Shown: positions 10,499 to 21,669 of the stretch, one piece after another | Layout: the number at the start of each line of letters is the position of its first letter | Numbering within the stretch: the first letter of the stretch is position 1 | Virus record (IMG/VR): IMGVR_UViG_3300032245_001746 | Span: 248,001 to 312,000 of that record | Length of the DNA: 64,000 nt | Reading direction: 5' to 3' (one strand) | Notes under the pieces: generated by a model | Databases searched by the model: none | Seen by the model: the letters and a program-made list of their open reading frames with translations, nothing else | What the model was told of the DNA's origin: nothing | Made by a program: the position numbers and the translations under genes

Positions 10499-11159
10499 CT
10501 AATAAATTAATTAATCTTAATTTTATATTATCAAAATTGTCCTCTTTATTTAATACAATATACTCATCATTATAGTCTATTGATAAAAAATTAAACATTT
10601 TATTGATATTTTTCTTATTAATTAATTCATCATAATCGAGAATTATAAAATATCGCTCTCCTATGCCATATAAATAATTCTTCCATAAATTATCAAAATA
10701 ACATACTTGATGATAACACTGTATCAACGAATAATCTCCATTTAATCTTTTATTAATGTACATAGATACACTTTGATCTATAATGTTTCTTTTCATTACA
10801 ATGTATTTTTCAACATCATAATTATTATAATCAAAACAACTTATCATTAACGTTATATTGTTGTAATTATATTCACATAATTCATTACTTGTTAATCTGG
10901 ATAAAAAAGGCACACCAGATATTAATTCATAATATTGAATAAAATTCAATTGTAAATTATTGGGCGAATTTGATTTAAAATCATTTATATTCTTGTAAAG
11001 ATAACACCATTTGCCAAAAGCAATATTGTTGATGTTATTATAGCCGCTTACAACTTCCTTGTTCTTATGAATAAAATTATTGTATTTATTTGTACTATTT
11101 AACAAATTACTGACTTCATTGCCACCATCATAATCATTTGATAATATCCAACAACTCAT
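10482..11159 (-). CDS. Sulfotransferase-like protein (Stf0-like C-terminal motifs), possibly degenerate
   Basis: KRNIIDQSVSMY and LDYDELI motifs; the N-terminal PAPS loop is not canonical. Confidence 0.4.
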   Translation of the reverse strand: MSCWILSNDYDGGNEVSNLLNSTNKYNNFIHKNKEVVSGYNNINNIAFGKWCYLYKNINDFKSNSPNNLQLNFIQYYELISGVPFLSRLTSNELCEYNYNNITLMISCFDYNNYDVEKYIVMKRNIIDQSVSMYINKRLNGDYSLIQCYHQVCYFDNLWKNYLYGIGERYFIILDYDELINKKNINKMFNFLSIDYNDEYIVLNKEDNFDNIKLRLINLLGGKHV

Positions 11160-11362
11160 AATAATTATATAGTACTATTTGCTCCAAAAATCAGGATCTG
11201 CTCGCCTCGCAACCCTTAATCCTATTAATCTTTGACAATTATTAATTGATGAAAAAAAATCATTTATATTAGATTCTTTAGTCTCTAACAAAAGATACTT
11301 ATCCCATGCATCAACCAATAAACTTAAAATTTCTTTTTCTTTATCCGTTAAACGCACATCAC

Positions 11363-12001
11363 TCATTCAGAATATCTCCTAACTGTACTAATAAATGCTT
11401 CTAAAGCCGTTAAATCAATGTTTTCATCATTCTTGCAAATAGAACTGGATAACATAAAAATATCTGCATCATATATGTAATCAACAACATTAACAAAATC
11501 TAATCCACTAGCAATTGCTAATATATGAGAACCCAAGTATTCTCTCATTTCCCTTATCTTCTTAATCTCAGGAGCAAAACCAGTAGATGGTCCACTTGTA
11601 GTTACTACATTCATACTTGTAATTGCCGCTTCACACGCACCCTTTAAATCTTTCTCAATCGGCTGATACTTAAATGCTACTCCACCAAAATATAAACCAT
11701 CATATTTAAAACTATCAAATAAATTAAATGCCTGATCTGTCCATAATCCATCCAAAAATAACAAATCACCTAAATCATCAACCGCTCTCACACTCAAATC
11801 ATTAATTCCTAACCAATAATCAGGAAATAATCTTCTACACTCTTTAGCAATTGTTATTAACTCTTCTCTGGAAATTACATGATTAATTAAAAAACATCCA
11901 TCTGCACCCGCAGATATACACGTATTAATGTTTCTAATCGCTTGATCCAAACTCTCAACATGAATTACTGGCAACACAGCTTTTATATTAAATTCTTTCA
12001 T
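11363..12001 (-). CDS. BtpA/SgcQ-like TIM-barrel protein
   Basis: VLPVIHV, GADGCFLINH, GGVAFKYQ, TTSGPSTG, AIASG. Confidence 0.7.
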   Translation of the reverse strand: MKEFNIKAVLPVIHVESLDQAIRNINTCISAGADGCFLINHVISREELITIAKECRRLFPDYWLGINDLSVRAVDDLGDLLFLDGLWTDQAFNLFDSFKYDGLYFGGVAFKYQPIEKDLKGACEAAITSMNVVTTSGPSTGFAPEIKKIREMREYLGSHILAIASGLDFVNVVDYIYDADIFMLSSSICKNDENIDLTALEAFISTVRRYSE

Positions 12002-13056
12002 AATATTCTTTCTAAAATTTGTCCCAAACTTTTAACGCAACATCATCAGAATCATAATCTCCATAATGCATAACTATTTCATAACGCAAACCACATTTAT
12101 TACAACAATGATTACTTGCTCTAATCCAATTCTTACATCTAGGACAAAATTCCCTCACCCATAATGGTATACTTATTACAAATAATGCATATATCCCAAA
12201 TAATACTAAAAATATAGTTGTAATTATATTTATCGCATTTTTAAGTGTTAATAATGCAATTATAGTTAATGGCAAATGAATTATAAAAACAACTATTAAT
12301 GCAAATAAAAATGATTTTTTCCAACTCATACTCTACCTTTTATAATTTGTTTAAAACAATAATAACAAATACATAACATTAATATAATTGCAATTATATC
12401 CTTAATTATATTCATCTTCTTTGTCTTCCTCTACTTGTTTAAAAGTCATTGTATTAAAATCTAATTCAAAAAATTTAATAGGCTCCCAATTATTGCCATA
12501 ATTTAACCTCTCCAACAAATTCTCCTTTATCTCACTATCACGCTGAATAGTAGAACCTAATAACTCAATACAAACATTATTCTTAGAAACTCCAAATCTA
12601 ACCTTGCGATTATATAATGATTTATTTAATACACTCTTATCAGATGGTTTAAATACAAAGTTATCTAAAATAACACCAAGAATAAATCCCAAAATTAAAA
12701 ATATAATGAATATTACAAATAAATTAAATTGAAAATTAGCAAACATAAATTAATAATACCTCTTAATCTCTTTCAAAGTGACTAAATTATCTAAATATTC
12801 AATTTTAATTTTAATAAAACCTTGACATAACTCTTTTTTAACAAAATTAATTACATCAAACAAATTATAAAAAATTCTAGTAGTTATAATCTTATATGGA
12901 TCAACCTCTTTAAGAGTTTCCCAAATTGGAAAAAACAATAAATACCAAGGATTAATCCTTTTATATATTATATAATAAGGCTCAAACTCTTCATCTCTAA
13001 ATTGTATTATACTATATGTTGGAAACACAGTATTGCTCCTTTTAAAAAAACATTCT

Positions 13057-13085
13057 ATTATACCAGCATGGAACCAAAAGTGTAA
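13057..13085 (-). promoter_or_regulatory. Sigma70-type promoter for the leftward 9.4-13.0 kb operon
   Basis: TTACAC-N17-TATAAT with TGG extension; RBS AAGGAG before GTG start at 13028. Confidence 0.55.
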
Positions 13086-13409
13086 TGAAATTACTGCAAA
13101 TTACTTAATAAAAAATTTTGTAACAATTTTTTTGTAATACCCCCATGTTAATTTTAACTCATTTACCTATTACAGATTATGTTATAATTAATCATTAAAC
13201 AATTTTGTAACAATTAATAATTAAATTTGAGTTGAAAACCCTACAAAATAAAAAACAATTTTTAATTGAAAATAAAATGACCGGGTGATAGCTGGTAAGA
13301 GGGGTATGCCCTACCAAACTTTTTTAAAGTTTTTTCAAATTAATTTCTTTATTTTTAATTTTGCAACAATTTATTGTACAATCAAACTTCCTGTTAAGAA
13401 AATGTTAAG

Positions 13410-13437
13410 AAAGGACTGGCACCATTTCCAGTCCTTT
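13410..13437 (-). terminator. Intrinsic terminator-like hairpin at the left end of the array
   Basis: AAAGGACTGG/CCAGTCCTTT inverted repeat after ORF 13460. Confidence 0.6.
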
Positions 13438-14610
13438 CAAACTTCGTCAACCACCTAGATCAACAACGTTTGGCAAGTTTGATGTCGACCTCGTTCGTTC
13501 GAACCCAATGATCGTAGATCTCATTACCAGCCAGTTCGATGATCAGGTCTCGCGTCTTGCCATACAATCCCTGAGAGCTTGCATCGTATGACACGAGCCA
13601 TTCTTCTGCGGGTTCAGGAGAGTCGGCAGTGTTGCATACTGCAATCAATCCGAAAAGTTGAATGATTCTTCTTGCATAATCATTCAATTCGGTCTCACCA
13701 TCACGATAAACAACGAGAACAGAAGGCTTTGACATTGTTATTCCTTTGACAAGAAGTGTTTGACTTACAACAGGATATTGTACAATCAAACTAGGATGTC
13801 CCAGGTCTCACAAAGCGAATCAATTGCTTCGTTAATGGTCAGAACCATTGTCAACCAGTCATCGAAATCGAGAAGTCTTCCGACCAGAGTCTCAGCCTCC
13901 GAATAAAGCTGAGACTCTGCGAATTTCAACTGATCCACTAACTGAACAGCCGTATCGTATTCAGTACAGCGTTCTGCTTCGAACAGAACAGAGATCAGAT
14001 GTGTTATCTCGTTTTTGATTGATGCTATCATTTGTTTTCTCCTGATAGCATCAGATTGTACAATCAAACTGGAATGCTGTTGTACTCTTCAACGGCAAGT
14101 GAAAACGACGTGAATCGTTTTGGTTCCTCGTCATTGTGTTGCACCACATAATTGACGTGATCAAGTCGAGACTTATCGCAATAGTAGGGCTTCACAACAA
14201 CAACCAGGGATTTTTTCCCAATTCCAGAAACCGCACAGGATGCGATTGTTGTTGAGACTTCTTGATCCTTCGTGCTTTCCAGATCGATTTCGTGTTTTCT
14301 CATTGTTTTCTCCAAGTTTGTGGCTGACAACGAGATATTGTACAATCAAACTTGATGGTTCTACTTGGAAAAATAGAACCCAAACAAGCACACAACCGCA
14401 ATTCCAAATGAAATGATCATTGCAGATCGAATCAGGAAAATCATTCCTTCGCCGCCAAAATGATTTGGGTTGGTTTCTTTATGCATTTTGACAGCGAGAG
14501 CCATCAAAAACAAGTTAAAGATGAAAATGAAGACGTAGATCACTTGTTTTCTCCTGTTGTTTGTTTCTCGTATCGTTGTATTGTACAATCAAACTTGTTG
14601 ATTTGTGAAT

Positions 14611-14645
14611 AAAAAAACGGGGATAATTTAATTATCCCCGTTTTA
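14611..14645 (-). terminator. Intrinsic terminator
   Basis: ACGGGGATAAT/ATTATCCCCGT stem with T-run. Confidence 0.85.
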
Positions 14646-14726
14646 CAACACGACTACGTATGGAACATTTATGTCAGCTTAAAGCTGCGTTTTGTTTTTG
14701 GGTCCAATCGAGTCGGGTGTTGTATC
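14644..14726 (-). ncRNA. Putative ~83-nt sRNA, copy 1
   Basis: Between element 14732 and a terminator; no ORF; terminal pairing ACAACAC/GTGTTGT, CGACT/AGTCG, TGGA/TCCA; near-identical copy at 18216-18298. Confidence 0.7.
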
Positions 14727-15779
14727 GTTGAATTGTACAATCAAACTTCAATCGATTTTGAATTCTGATCCGTCTGGAAGTTCAACTTTTGTGACATTTG
14801 GAATAAGTCCTTGTTCGCGACTGTCAAACAGTGCGGAACGCAGATCTTGTTCGTTTGGATTTGGCCAATGAATTGAGTTTGCTCCCTCAGTATGAGAGAT
14901 CAAAATACAAACTCCATCGTCTTCGTAATGAGCCTTCATCAATTCGTCGACGATATCGTCTTCAGAAGTGTAAAGTGTTCCGTCGATTGCAATTAATCGC
15001 ACCATTGATCGTTTCCTTTGAGGTTGACGTGTTTTGTATCAATGGATTGTACAATCAAACTTCAGTCAACAATCCAGACAATTTTGCCAGTGCCTTTAAC
15101 AAAAGCAACCTCTTTGCCATCCTGTTTCACACATACGGGGCATCCGTCCATGCTATTTTCGGCGGTTCGAAGTCCGTCCTGAACGCATTTTTCAACAGCT
15201 TTACGATCAGGCAGATTATTCGTTGGATGTGTGGTTCCGTTGTAATGCACTGAATACATTGCGTTTTCCCCTGGATTACCTGTGATTGTTCTGAGAGGGG
15301 ATTGTACAATCAAACTTCAATCCCAACTTACAAGGTCCCAGCGAACCTCACCTGTATCTCGCAGGATTTCGAGCATTTGAATTGCTTGCAATGGAGTGGC
15401 TTGTTCTACTTTTCCACACATGTATCCATTAAATTCTGGATAAACGACACGTTCAGATTGTCTTACAGGCACACCCGTGAAGTCGGCAAACAAATCAGGA
15501 CTTATGAAATGTTCGTATTGCGGTTTGCAGACGGTTCGAATATGTCCAGCAATACAACGTTCAAGACTCCACATGTCAAATGAGTCTTCATTAACATTCT
15601 TCAAAATGTCAATGGCTTTTTGCACATTTGGATAGATCATTTGCTCATTCCGTTTTGTTTGGGGCTGATATCGATATCGGTTCATTGTACAATCAAAATT
15701 CATTGATTAAGTACAAGAGAAAACGGCAAAGATGGCGTACATCCCTACCGTTTTTCAGTTCTAAAGTTTGGGAGCTTGA

Positions 15780-15851
15780 TCAAACTGAAGAACGATTTCG
15801 ATTTCGAATTTTTCGCAGGACGATTCCTGTCAGCAGGAACAATGAAATCAT
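15780..15851 (-). CDS. 23-aa hydrophobic/cationic peptide MISLFLLTGIVLRKIRNRNRSSV
   Basis: Own element (15890), GGAG RBS, ATG, then terminator at 15721-15755. Confidence 0.5.
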   Translation of the reverse strand: MISLFLLTGIVLRKIRNRNRSSV

Positions 15852-16374
15852 TTGTTTACTCCGTTCGGGTGAAGGGCTGATACGGTTACATTGTACAATC
15901 AAACTTAATTAATTAAGTATAAGAAAAAACGAATGAGGTTCTTACTCTCATTCGTTTTTTCTTTTTTTCATAGAGGAGACTATGCGGCGTAGATTAGTCT
16001 CTCAGCACTCTTATTTCCCTGCAACATTTGGGTTGACCATCACCAAAATTAGGTCTTGTTGTTTAAGTACAACAAGCAAAACTAATTATTTTGTAGTACA
16101 TCAACTCATTGTACAATCAAACTTCAACCGCCAATACTCCAATGAGATGGCTTTGTTGGTTTTTGAATGGTCACATATCGTCTTCCATCAACAATTCTGA
16201 TGGTTTTGACACTTCCATCTGGCAATCTCACCGTTCCAGATCCATTCGAACAACGAGTTTGTGTGTCATGTCTGTCATGTGTGTCGTAATAGCCACCATA
16301 TAGGTTTTTGCTCATGTTTGTTTCCTTCTGACATCGTCATATTGTACAATCAAACTTCATTGATTAAGTATAAG

Positions 16375-16404
16375 AAAAAACAGGAATGTTTCATTCCTGT
16401 TTTT
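16375..16404 (-). terminator. Intrinsic terminator
   Basis: AAACAGGAATG/CATTCCTGTTT stem with T-run. Confidence 0.85.
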
Positions 16405-16509
16405 AGCGATTTTTGGATAAAATTAGTGTTTTACTCGTTACTTATACAGTAGTATATACTAACGTGGTATACCTTTGTATAAGAACATCGCCAAACGCTC
16501 TACACTAAT
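16405..16509 (-). ncRNA. Pseudoknotted RNA motif, copy 1
   Basis: AUUAGUGU-AGAGCGUUU-GGCGAU-hairpin-CGAGUAAA-ACACUAAU-A-rich-AUCGCU; homologs at 32811 and 33386. Confidence 0.75.
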
Positions 16510-16553
16510 CCAGCTTTATCAATACCCTAAAGCTGGAAATCGGGATAAATTAG

Positions 16554-16626
16554 TGGTGCCGGTGGGAATCGAACCCACGACCATCGGATTAAAAGTCCGG
16601 TGCTCTACCAACTGAGCTACGACACC
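16554..16626 (-). tRNA. tRNA-Lys(UUU)
   Basis: GGTGTCG/CGGCACC acceptor stem, TAGCTCAGTTGGTAGAGC D arm, CTTTTAA anticodon loop, GTTCGATTC T loop; CCA not encoded. Confidence 0.95.
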
Positions 16627-16652
16627 AATACTGTCAGATTGTACAATCAAAC

Positions 16653-16892
16653 TTACCAGCCGTAATCGGATGGATCGAAACAAGACATGTCTGGATCTGT
16701 ATCTAGTTCCAGATCTAAATCCTCATCCAGATATTCATCCAAATAGCTGTCATTACAGCAACCACATGGACAATACTGATCATATTCCAGATAGGAAAAA
16801 TACAGATCTTCCAATTCGAGTTCTTCACGAACTTGTTCTTCTCTTTCGAGACGTTGTTCTTCGTTGAATTTTGCTACCAGGTTTTTTGACAT
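16653..16892 (-). CDS. Very acidic small protein with CPCGCC
   Basis: True start likely ATG after AGGAGA RBS (MSKNLV...); D/E-rich C-terminal half. Confidence 0.7.
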   Translation of the reverse strand: MSKNLVAKFNEEQRLEREEQVREELELEDLYFSYLEYDQYCPCGCCNDSYLDEYLDEDLDLELDTDPDMSCFDPSDYGW

Positions 16893-17233
16893 TGTTGTTC
16901 TCCTGAAGCAGGATTGTACAATCAAACTAAATCATAGCAGCATTTCGAGCCGCACATTTTCGTGCATAGTGCAATGATGGAGAATCACGTTTCAGTACAA
17001 TTAAACCCTTTTTCTGAGTTTCATACATCCAGGTAACGCAGATTGCCTGGTTGACTTCTCCATTCTGATTTTCAATTTCCACTTCAGTTTCGCCAACAGG
17101 AATTTCTTCCTGTTCTTTCATGGTGGGAATGTCGTATCCCATGAAATCATTGGCTAACGCATGGAAATAAATCCATGATACTGTGTTTTTTGGAAACGCA
17201 TCGTAATGAAACAATCGCATTTGATTTGATCCT

Positions 17234-17297
17234 ATAGGTGGATATTACAGCAAGGTGTTTCACCTTTGTGTCTTATTTTGCTGTAATATCCACCTAT
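17234..17297 (-). promoter_or_regulatory. 20-bp perfect inverted repeat forming the 5' leader of ORF 16927-17220
   Basis: ATAGGTGGATATTACAGCAA ... TTGCTGTAATATCCACCTAT between element 17304 and the RBS. Confidence 0.75.
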
Positions 17298-17905
17298 CAT
17301 CAGATTGTACAATCAAACTAAGTGGTATCCCAATTTTCTTTCCAGAAAAGTGGCCAGGATTCTTCTGAATACCACGCTTCCCCCCACGATGGAGAGTCGT
17401 TTTCGTTGACTTCTTTCACTTTATCAGGATATTTTTCACATGCCTGATCAAATGAAATTGATGTTTCATAAACGGCATCGTGCCATTTCATGGTTTGATG
17501 ATCGATTTTGTTTCCAGGCAGAACCTTAGAACCGTTCGGAAAATAATATCCTCCCGGCTTGACTTCTGTCATTGCATCAGTCAATTCCTTTTCAGGATAA
17601 CTACCTTGAGGCACAAGCAGAATTTTCATTGTGTATTCCTTGTGAAGTGATAAATCTCAATTGTACAATCAAACTTCATCGATCGGACTGATCTGGACCG
17701 TTTCCATATGGACCAACATATTTTGTTGATTCTGGTTTAGAAACGGGATCTGTCAAAGCTACACCGTTGCCGTATGGACCAACGTAATCAGATTTTTTCT
17801 TTTCGTCAACCTGAACGTCGATTTTAATTGTGATTGTCATGATTGTTCTCTTTGAGATTGTGATATCACTACATTGTACAATCAAACTTCATTGATTAAG
17901 TACGA

Positions 17906-17940
17906 CAAAAAATGCATGGATTTATTTCCATGCATTTTTT
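17906..17940 (-). terminator. Intrinsic terminator
   Basis: AAATGCATGGA/TCCATGCATTT with T-runs. Confidence 0.85.
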
Positions 17941-18183
17941 GTTTTTCAATATAGGAGAAGAAATCAGATTTCAGGGGGAGCACGATTATTAATCATGGAT
18001 GTGTCCAATATTGGATCGGGCTGCGGCGAATATTAGAGATGAAAAGAAAGAAATTTATGTTTTAGGTCATGTCCTCATGGTAGTTTCTCCTTGACTAGTG
18101 GTTTTTGTTTTAGTTAAGTTTAACTTTTCTAACGTTCGTTGCATCGCAACATTGTACAATCAAACTTCATTGATTAAGTACAT

Positions 18184-18215
18184 AAAAAAACAGAGATAAA
18201 TTAATATCTCTGTTT
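18184..18215 (-). terminator. Intrinsic terminator
   Basis: AAACAGAGATA/TATCTCTGTTT. Confidence 0.85.
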
Positions 18216-18298
18216 TACAACACGACTACGTATGGAACATTTATGTCAGCTTATTTGCTGGTATTGTTTTTGGGTCCAATCGAGTCGGGTGTTGTATC
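18216..18298 (-). ncRNA. Putative ~83-nt sRNA, copy 2
   Basis: Near-identical to 14644-14726; differences fall in the loop and small hairpin. Confidence 0.7.
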
Positions 18299-18626
18299 AA
18301 TGGATTGTACAATCAAACTCACTTCGTGAAGCTCAAAAGTGAAGCTACAAATCCAACAAAACACCACAAAATCAACCAAATATGAGCCAATTTGATTGAA
18401 ATTGGCAGTTTTTCTTTTTCTACCCAATGACCAATTGAGATGAAAATCACGAGAGAAGTCACCAACATTGCAAAAATAGCTTGGAATGTTGTCATGTTTG
18501 TTTCCTTGTTTGATTTTTGATTCACTTCGATATCGGTTCATTGTACAATCAAACTTTTTATTGTTTTAACAAAAAAAACAGGGATATTTCTATCCCTGTT
18601 TAATCGATTCTCTGAGATTTCTCAGA

Positions 18627-19037
18627 TTATGCAGCTTCTGCCGTTGTCGTCGGTTCCAGAACAACAGTTTCGACGGTTTCTTCTGCCGTTTCCGTTGTTT
18701 CGAGGACAACAGTTTCAGTTTCTTCGTCCGTTGGCAGTTCGACGTTCAGGTGTTCGCAGATCAGTTCGAGCATATCTGCGTTCTTGTCCGTCTTCGCGTC
18801 AACAATCGTGTCGATCAGAGAGGTAACAATTGTTCCCTTGAGGAACTGGAGAAGATAGTAACAGGCGAGTTCTGCGTCAGAACCCTGTTCCAGTGTCGCC
18901 ATGAACTTGGCAAATACTTTTGCCATTGTCTTGTCGATTGTGCCGCCCTGTGAGTTCTTATTCTTAGAACCCTTCGGGCGTCCACGTCCACGCTTAGGAG
19001 CTTCGACGTTTACAGTTGTTTCGGCTGAATTTCCCAC
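18627..19037 (-). CDS. AT-hook protein with acidic tail, paralog 1
   Basis: KRGRGRPKGSKNK AT-hook; E/T-rich C-terminus; terminator at 18571-18601. Confidence 0.75.
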   Translation of the reverse strand: MGNSAETTVNVEAPKRGRGRPKGSKNKNSQGGTIDKTMAKVFAKFMATLEQGSDAELACYYLLQFLKGTIVTSLIDTIVDAKTDKNADMLELICEHLNVELPTDEETETVVLETTETAEETVETVVLEPTTTAEAA

Positions 19038-19111
19038 GGCAGTAACCCTTTCAGAATTGTTTTTGACTTGTCAACACCGTTGTTGACATCGTCATATTGT
19101 ACAATCAAACT

Positions 19112-19190
19112 TCAAAGCCCTTCTCAACTTAGAGAAGGAAGTTTGACCTGACTCTTCCGAGTCATCTTTGAGTCATCCTTATGAGGAATC
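19112..19190 (-). ncRNA. Two-hairpin non-coding cassette upstream of the AT-hook gene, copy 1
   Basis: GACTC/GAGTC and CCTTCTC/GAGAAGG stems between elements 19191 and 19096; homolog at 34086-34154. Confidence 0.5.
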
Positions 19191-19262
19191 ATTGTACAAT
19201 CAAACTTAATTGATTTAAGGAATAAAAAAAGCAGAGATGTATTATCTCTGCTTTATAATAAA

Positions 19263-19336
19263 TGTCCCCATCAGGGATCGAACCTGAAACCTACTGCTTA
19301 GAAGGCAGTTGCTCTATCCAATTGAGCTACGAGGAC
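19263..19336 (-). tRNA. tRNA-Arg(UCU)
   Basis: GTCCTCG acceptor, ACTGC-CTTCTAA-GCAGT anticodon arm, GTTCGATCC T loop. Confidence 0.93.
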
Positions 19337-21195
19337 AAAAGAAACAGACCGATTCAGCATTTCACTATCAATCAGGTGATACGCCCTTACTGGAACTGAT
19401 ATCCAATATTGAATATCAAAAGACGTTTTAAAGTGAAATTTTTTATTAATCCAGTTTATCAGAATTGCTCAGTCTGTTTCTAACTTCAAATTGTACAATC
19501 AAACTATGCTGCGAGTCCAATTCGTTGATTCAATGAATTGAAGACACTTTCAACAAGTTGCTGTCCTGGAATCGGAAGATATTGCAACGTGAGAAGTCCA
19601 TCGGTTTCAAGATCAAAAACAGACCCTACGTCTTCCATTTTGAATTCATAGGATTTCTGATTTGTGCATCTGACATAAAGTTCAACTCCTTTTTCAAAGG
19701 AAAGAAGTTTTGAACTTGTAGAATCATTTGTCAACAGAACGAAAAAAAACATGTTTGTTTCCTTGTGTTGTTTGAACCGACATCAACACATTGTACAATC
19801 AAACATCACCAGCCGAATTCGATTTTTGACCGAACTTCATCAGACAATCCAGCTACAAAAACGGTCAAAGAAAAATCTTTGATCAATTTTCTGTAAACTT
19901 TGACACAATCAACAAAAGTTTTACAATCAATGTGAAAATCACGGAAATTGTCATTGTAGCCAAAAACATAGAATTCTGTTTTTGGTTTTGGTCTGGATTC
20001 GACACAGCCGCATTTTTCGCCATCAACACACAATGCGTCCAAAAATCCTTTTTTTGCACGCCGATGTGCTTGCCACCATAGTGGACTTTTGTACTTTGGT
20101 GAAAAAACATCACCACAACTTTCACAAACAACATTGTACAGTGGAAGGTTCATCAGTGTTCTCCTTGATGACGAATCATTGTACAATCAAACTTTTTTGA
20201 TTTAATCAATAAAAAAGGAGGGTTTCCCCTCCTAGTAGTTTTAAATTGTAGAACGCTGTTTGCTAGAGTCCGAATTGATCCAGCAATTCTTCCAGACGAC
20301 GCAATTCTCGTCGGTTCAAGCGATATCCAACAGACTTCAATCCGATAAGTCGGTCGAGTTCTTCCATTTTTCTTTTTTCCAGAAGGGAGTGAAACAAATT
20401 GAACAACGTCACATTGTACAATCAAACTTCTTCAGTTGAAACAACTGTAAATGAGTTGTCAACATATTGATTGTCTGAATTGTCTGGAATTTCAATGTCT
20501 TCAATGAGATCTTCTACAGTCTCACCGTCCTGGACAGTCAATTCGGTTTCAAATTTCACCGAATATGTGACACGAATTTTCTTTGGCATTTTTGTTTTCC
20601 TGAGATTCACTAGATCAGAGATATGAGTACATTGTACAATCAAAAACCAGAAAACGCATCGTAGTATTTACTGAATGGTTGAGTTGTAGCAATTTCTTCA
20701 AGATTTTCGTTGGAAATCCAGCGAGAAAACGTTGAGTCGATATCGGTTGTGAATCTGATTAAACTGCGATCTTCATCGCGATAAATCAAAACTCCCACAT
20801 GATTTAACAAAGTTTCCTGATCTTCCACTTCTTCTTTTTTCATATTGTCATCAAAATCAAAAACTGGTGCTTTTTTGATTTTGACATAAACAACATTATT
20901 TTTTGGCATGAAAGATCTCCGATAAGTAGAGATAGATATTAAGACACAAAGCCCGCATTTTGTTTTGTTATTAGGTACATTACATGTGTCTTAACACTTA
21001 TCCCTCGATATGAGTACATTGTACAATCAAACTTTATTGATTAAGTATAAATAAAAAACGTGAATCGTCTGGTAACGATTCACGTTTTAATTTTAATTTT
21101 ATTTAAAAATCTGAATACGCTCACATAATTCATTTTTGGTTGATTAGTCCAAAAATTGCTTTAGGAAGTCCAACCCTACTTAGACTCCTGCTAAA

Positions 21196-21363
21196 TTATG
21201 TGAGCCACCTGGGCAGTGATATAGAACACCAACGGTACTTGGCGAATTCCCGTTGGGTCTTGCTGTATTTTTCAACAGCTTCTTGAGATTCAAAATTAAG
21301 AAAGGGTTTTTCTTCAATGAATCCTACAACCACTGCCAGGATGATGAAAACCATCCTGAACAT
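21196..21363 (-). CDS. 55-aa membrane-anchored peptide (not in ORF track), paralog 1
   Basis: MFRMVFIILAVVVGFIEEKPFLNFESQEAVEKYSKTQREFAKYRWCSISLPRWLT; AAGGAG RBS; homolog at 39014-39184. Confidence 0.7.
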   Translation of the reverse strand: MFRMVFIILAVVVGFIEEKPFLNFESQEAVEKYSKTQREFAKYRWCSISLPRWLT

Positions 21364-21669
21364 TTCTTTTTCTCCTTGATTGAGATATCAGAGAATTGTA
21401 CAATCAATCTTCGATAACGCCCGTACTGAATGTGTAAACGTTATCGGCATCTTCGTCATTGTAGATCTCAAATTCATTTTCAAGAGATTCAATCTCTTCA
21501 GTATTCAACGGACGTTGAAATTGATTTTCAGCCAATTCTTTCAAGCGAATTTTTGCTTCATCCCAAGATGAAACCGCTGTACAAGCACCCAATGAATTGT
21601 TGTGAATTACACAAACAAACAACATTTCTTTTTCTCCTTGATTGAGATATCAGAGAATTGTACAATCAA
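21359..21669 (-). repeat. Identical ~49-bp leader (element+RBS+ATG) at 21359-21407 and 21621-21669
   Basis: AACATTTCTTTTTCTCCTTGATTGAGATATCAGAGAATTGTACAATCAA twice, ahead of unrelated genes. Confidence 0.9.

Noticed and set aside
18251-20425. ORFs 18251-18541 and 20153-20425 as real genes
   Set aside because: They run through elements and sRNA/terminator sequence; better frames exist (18319-18495 and a 34-aa MEELDRLIG... ORF).
21120-21330. Large ncRNA shared with 38970-39150
   Set aside because: The similarity is better explained by a conserved 55/56-aa ORF with RBS; only the 3' stem is kept as an RNA feature.
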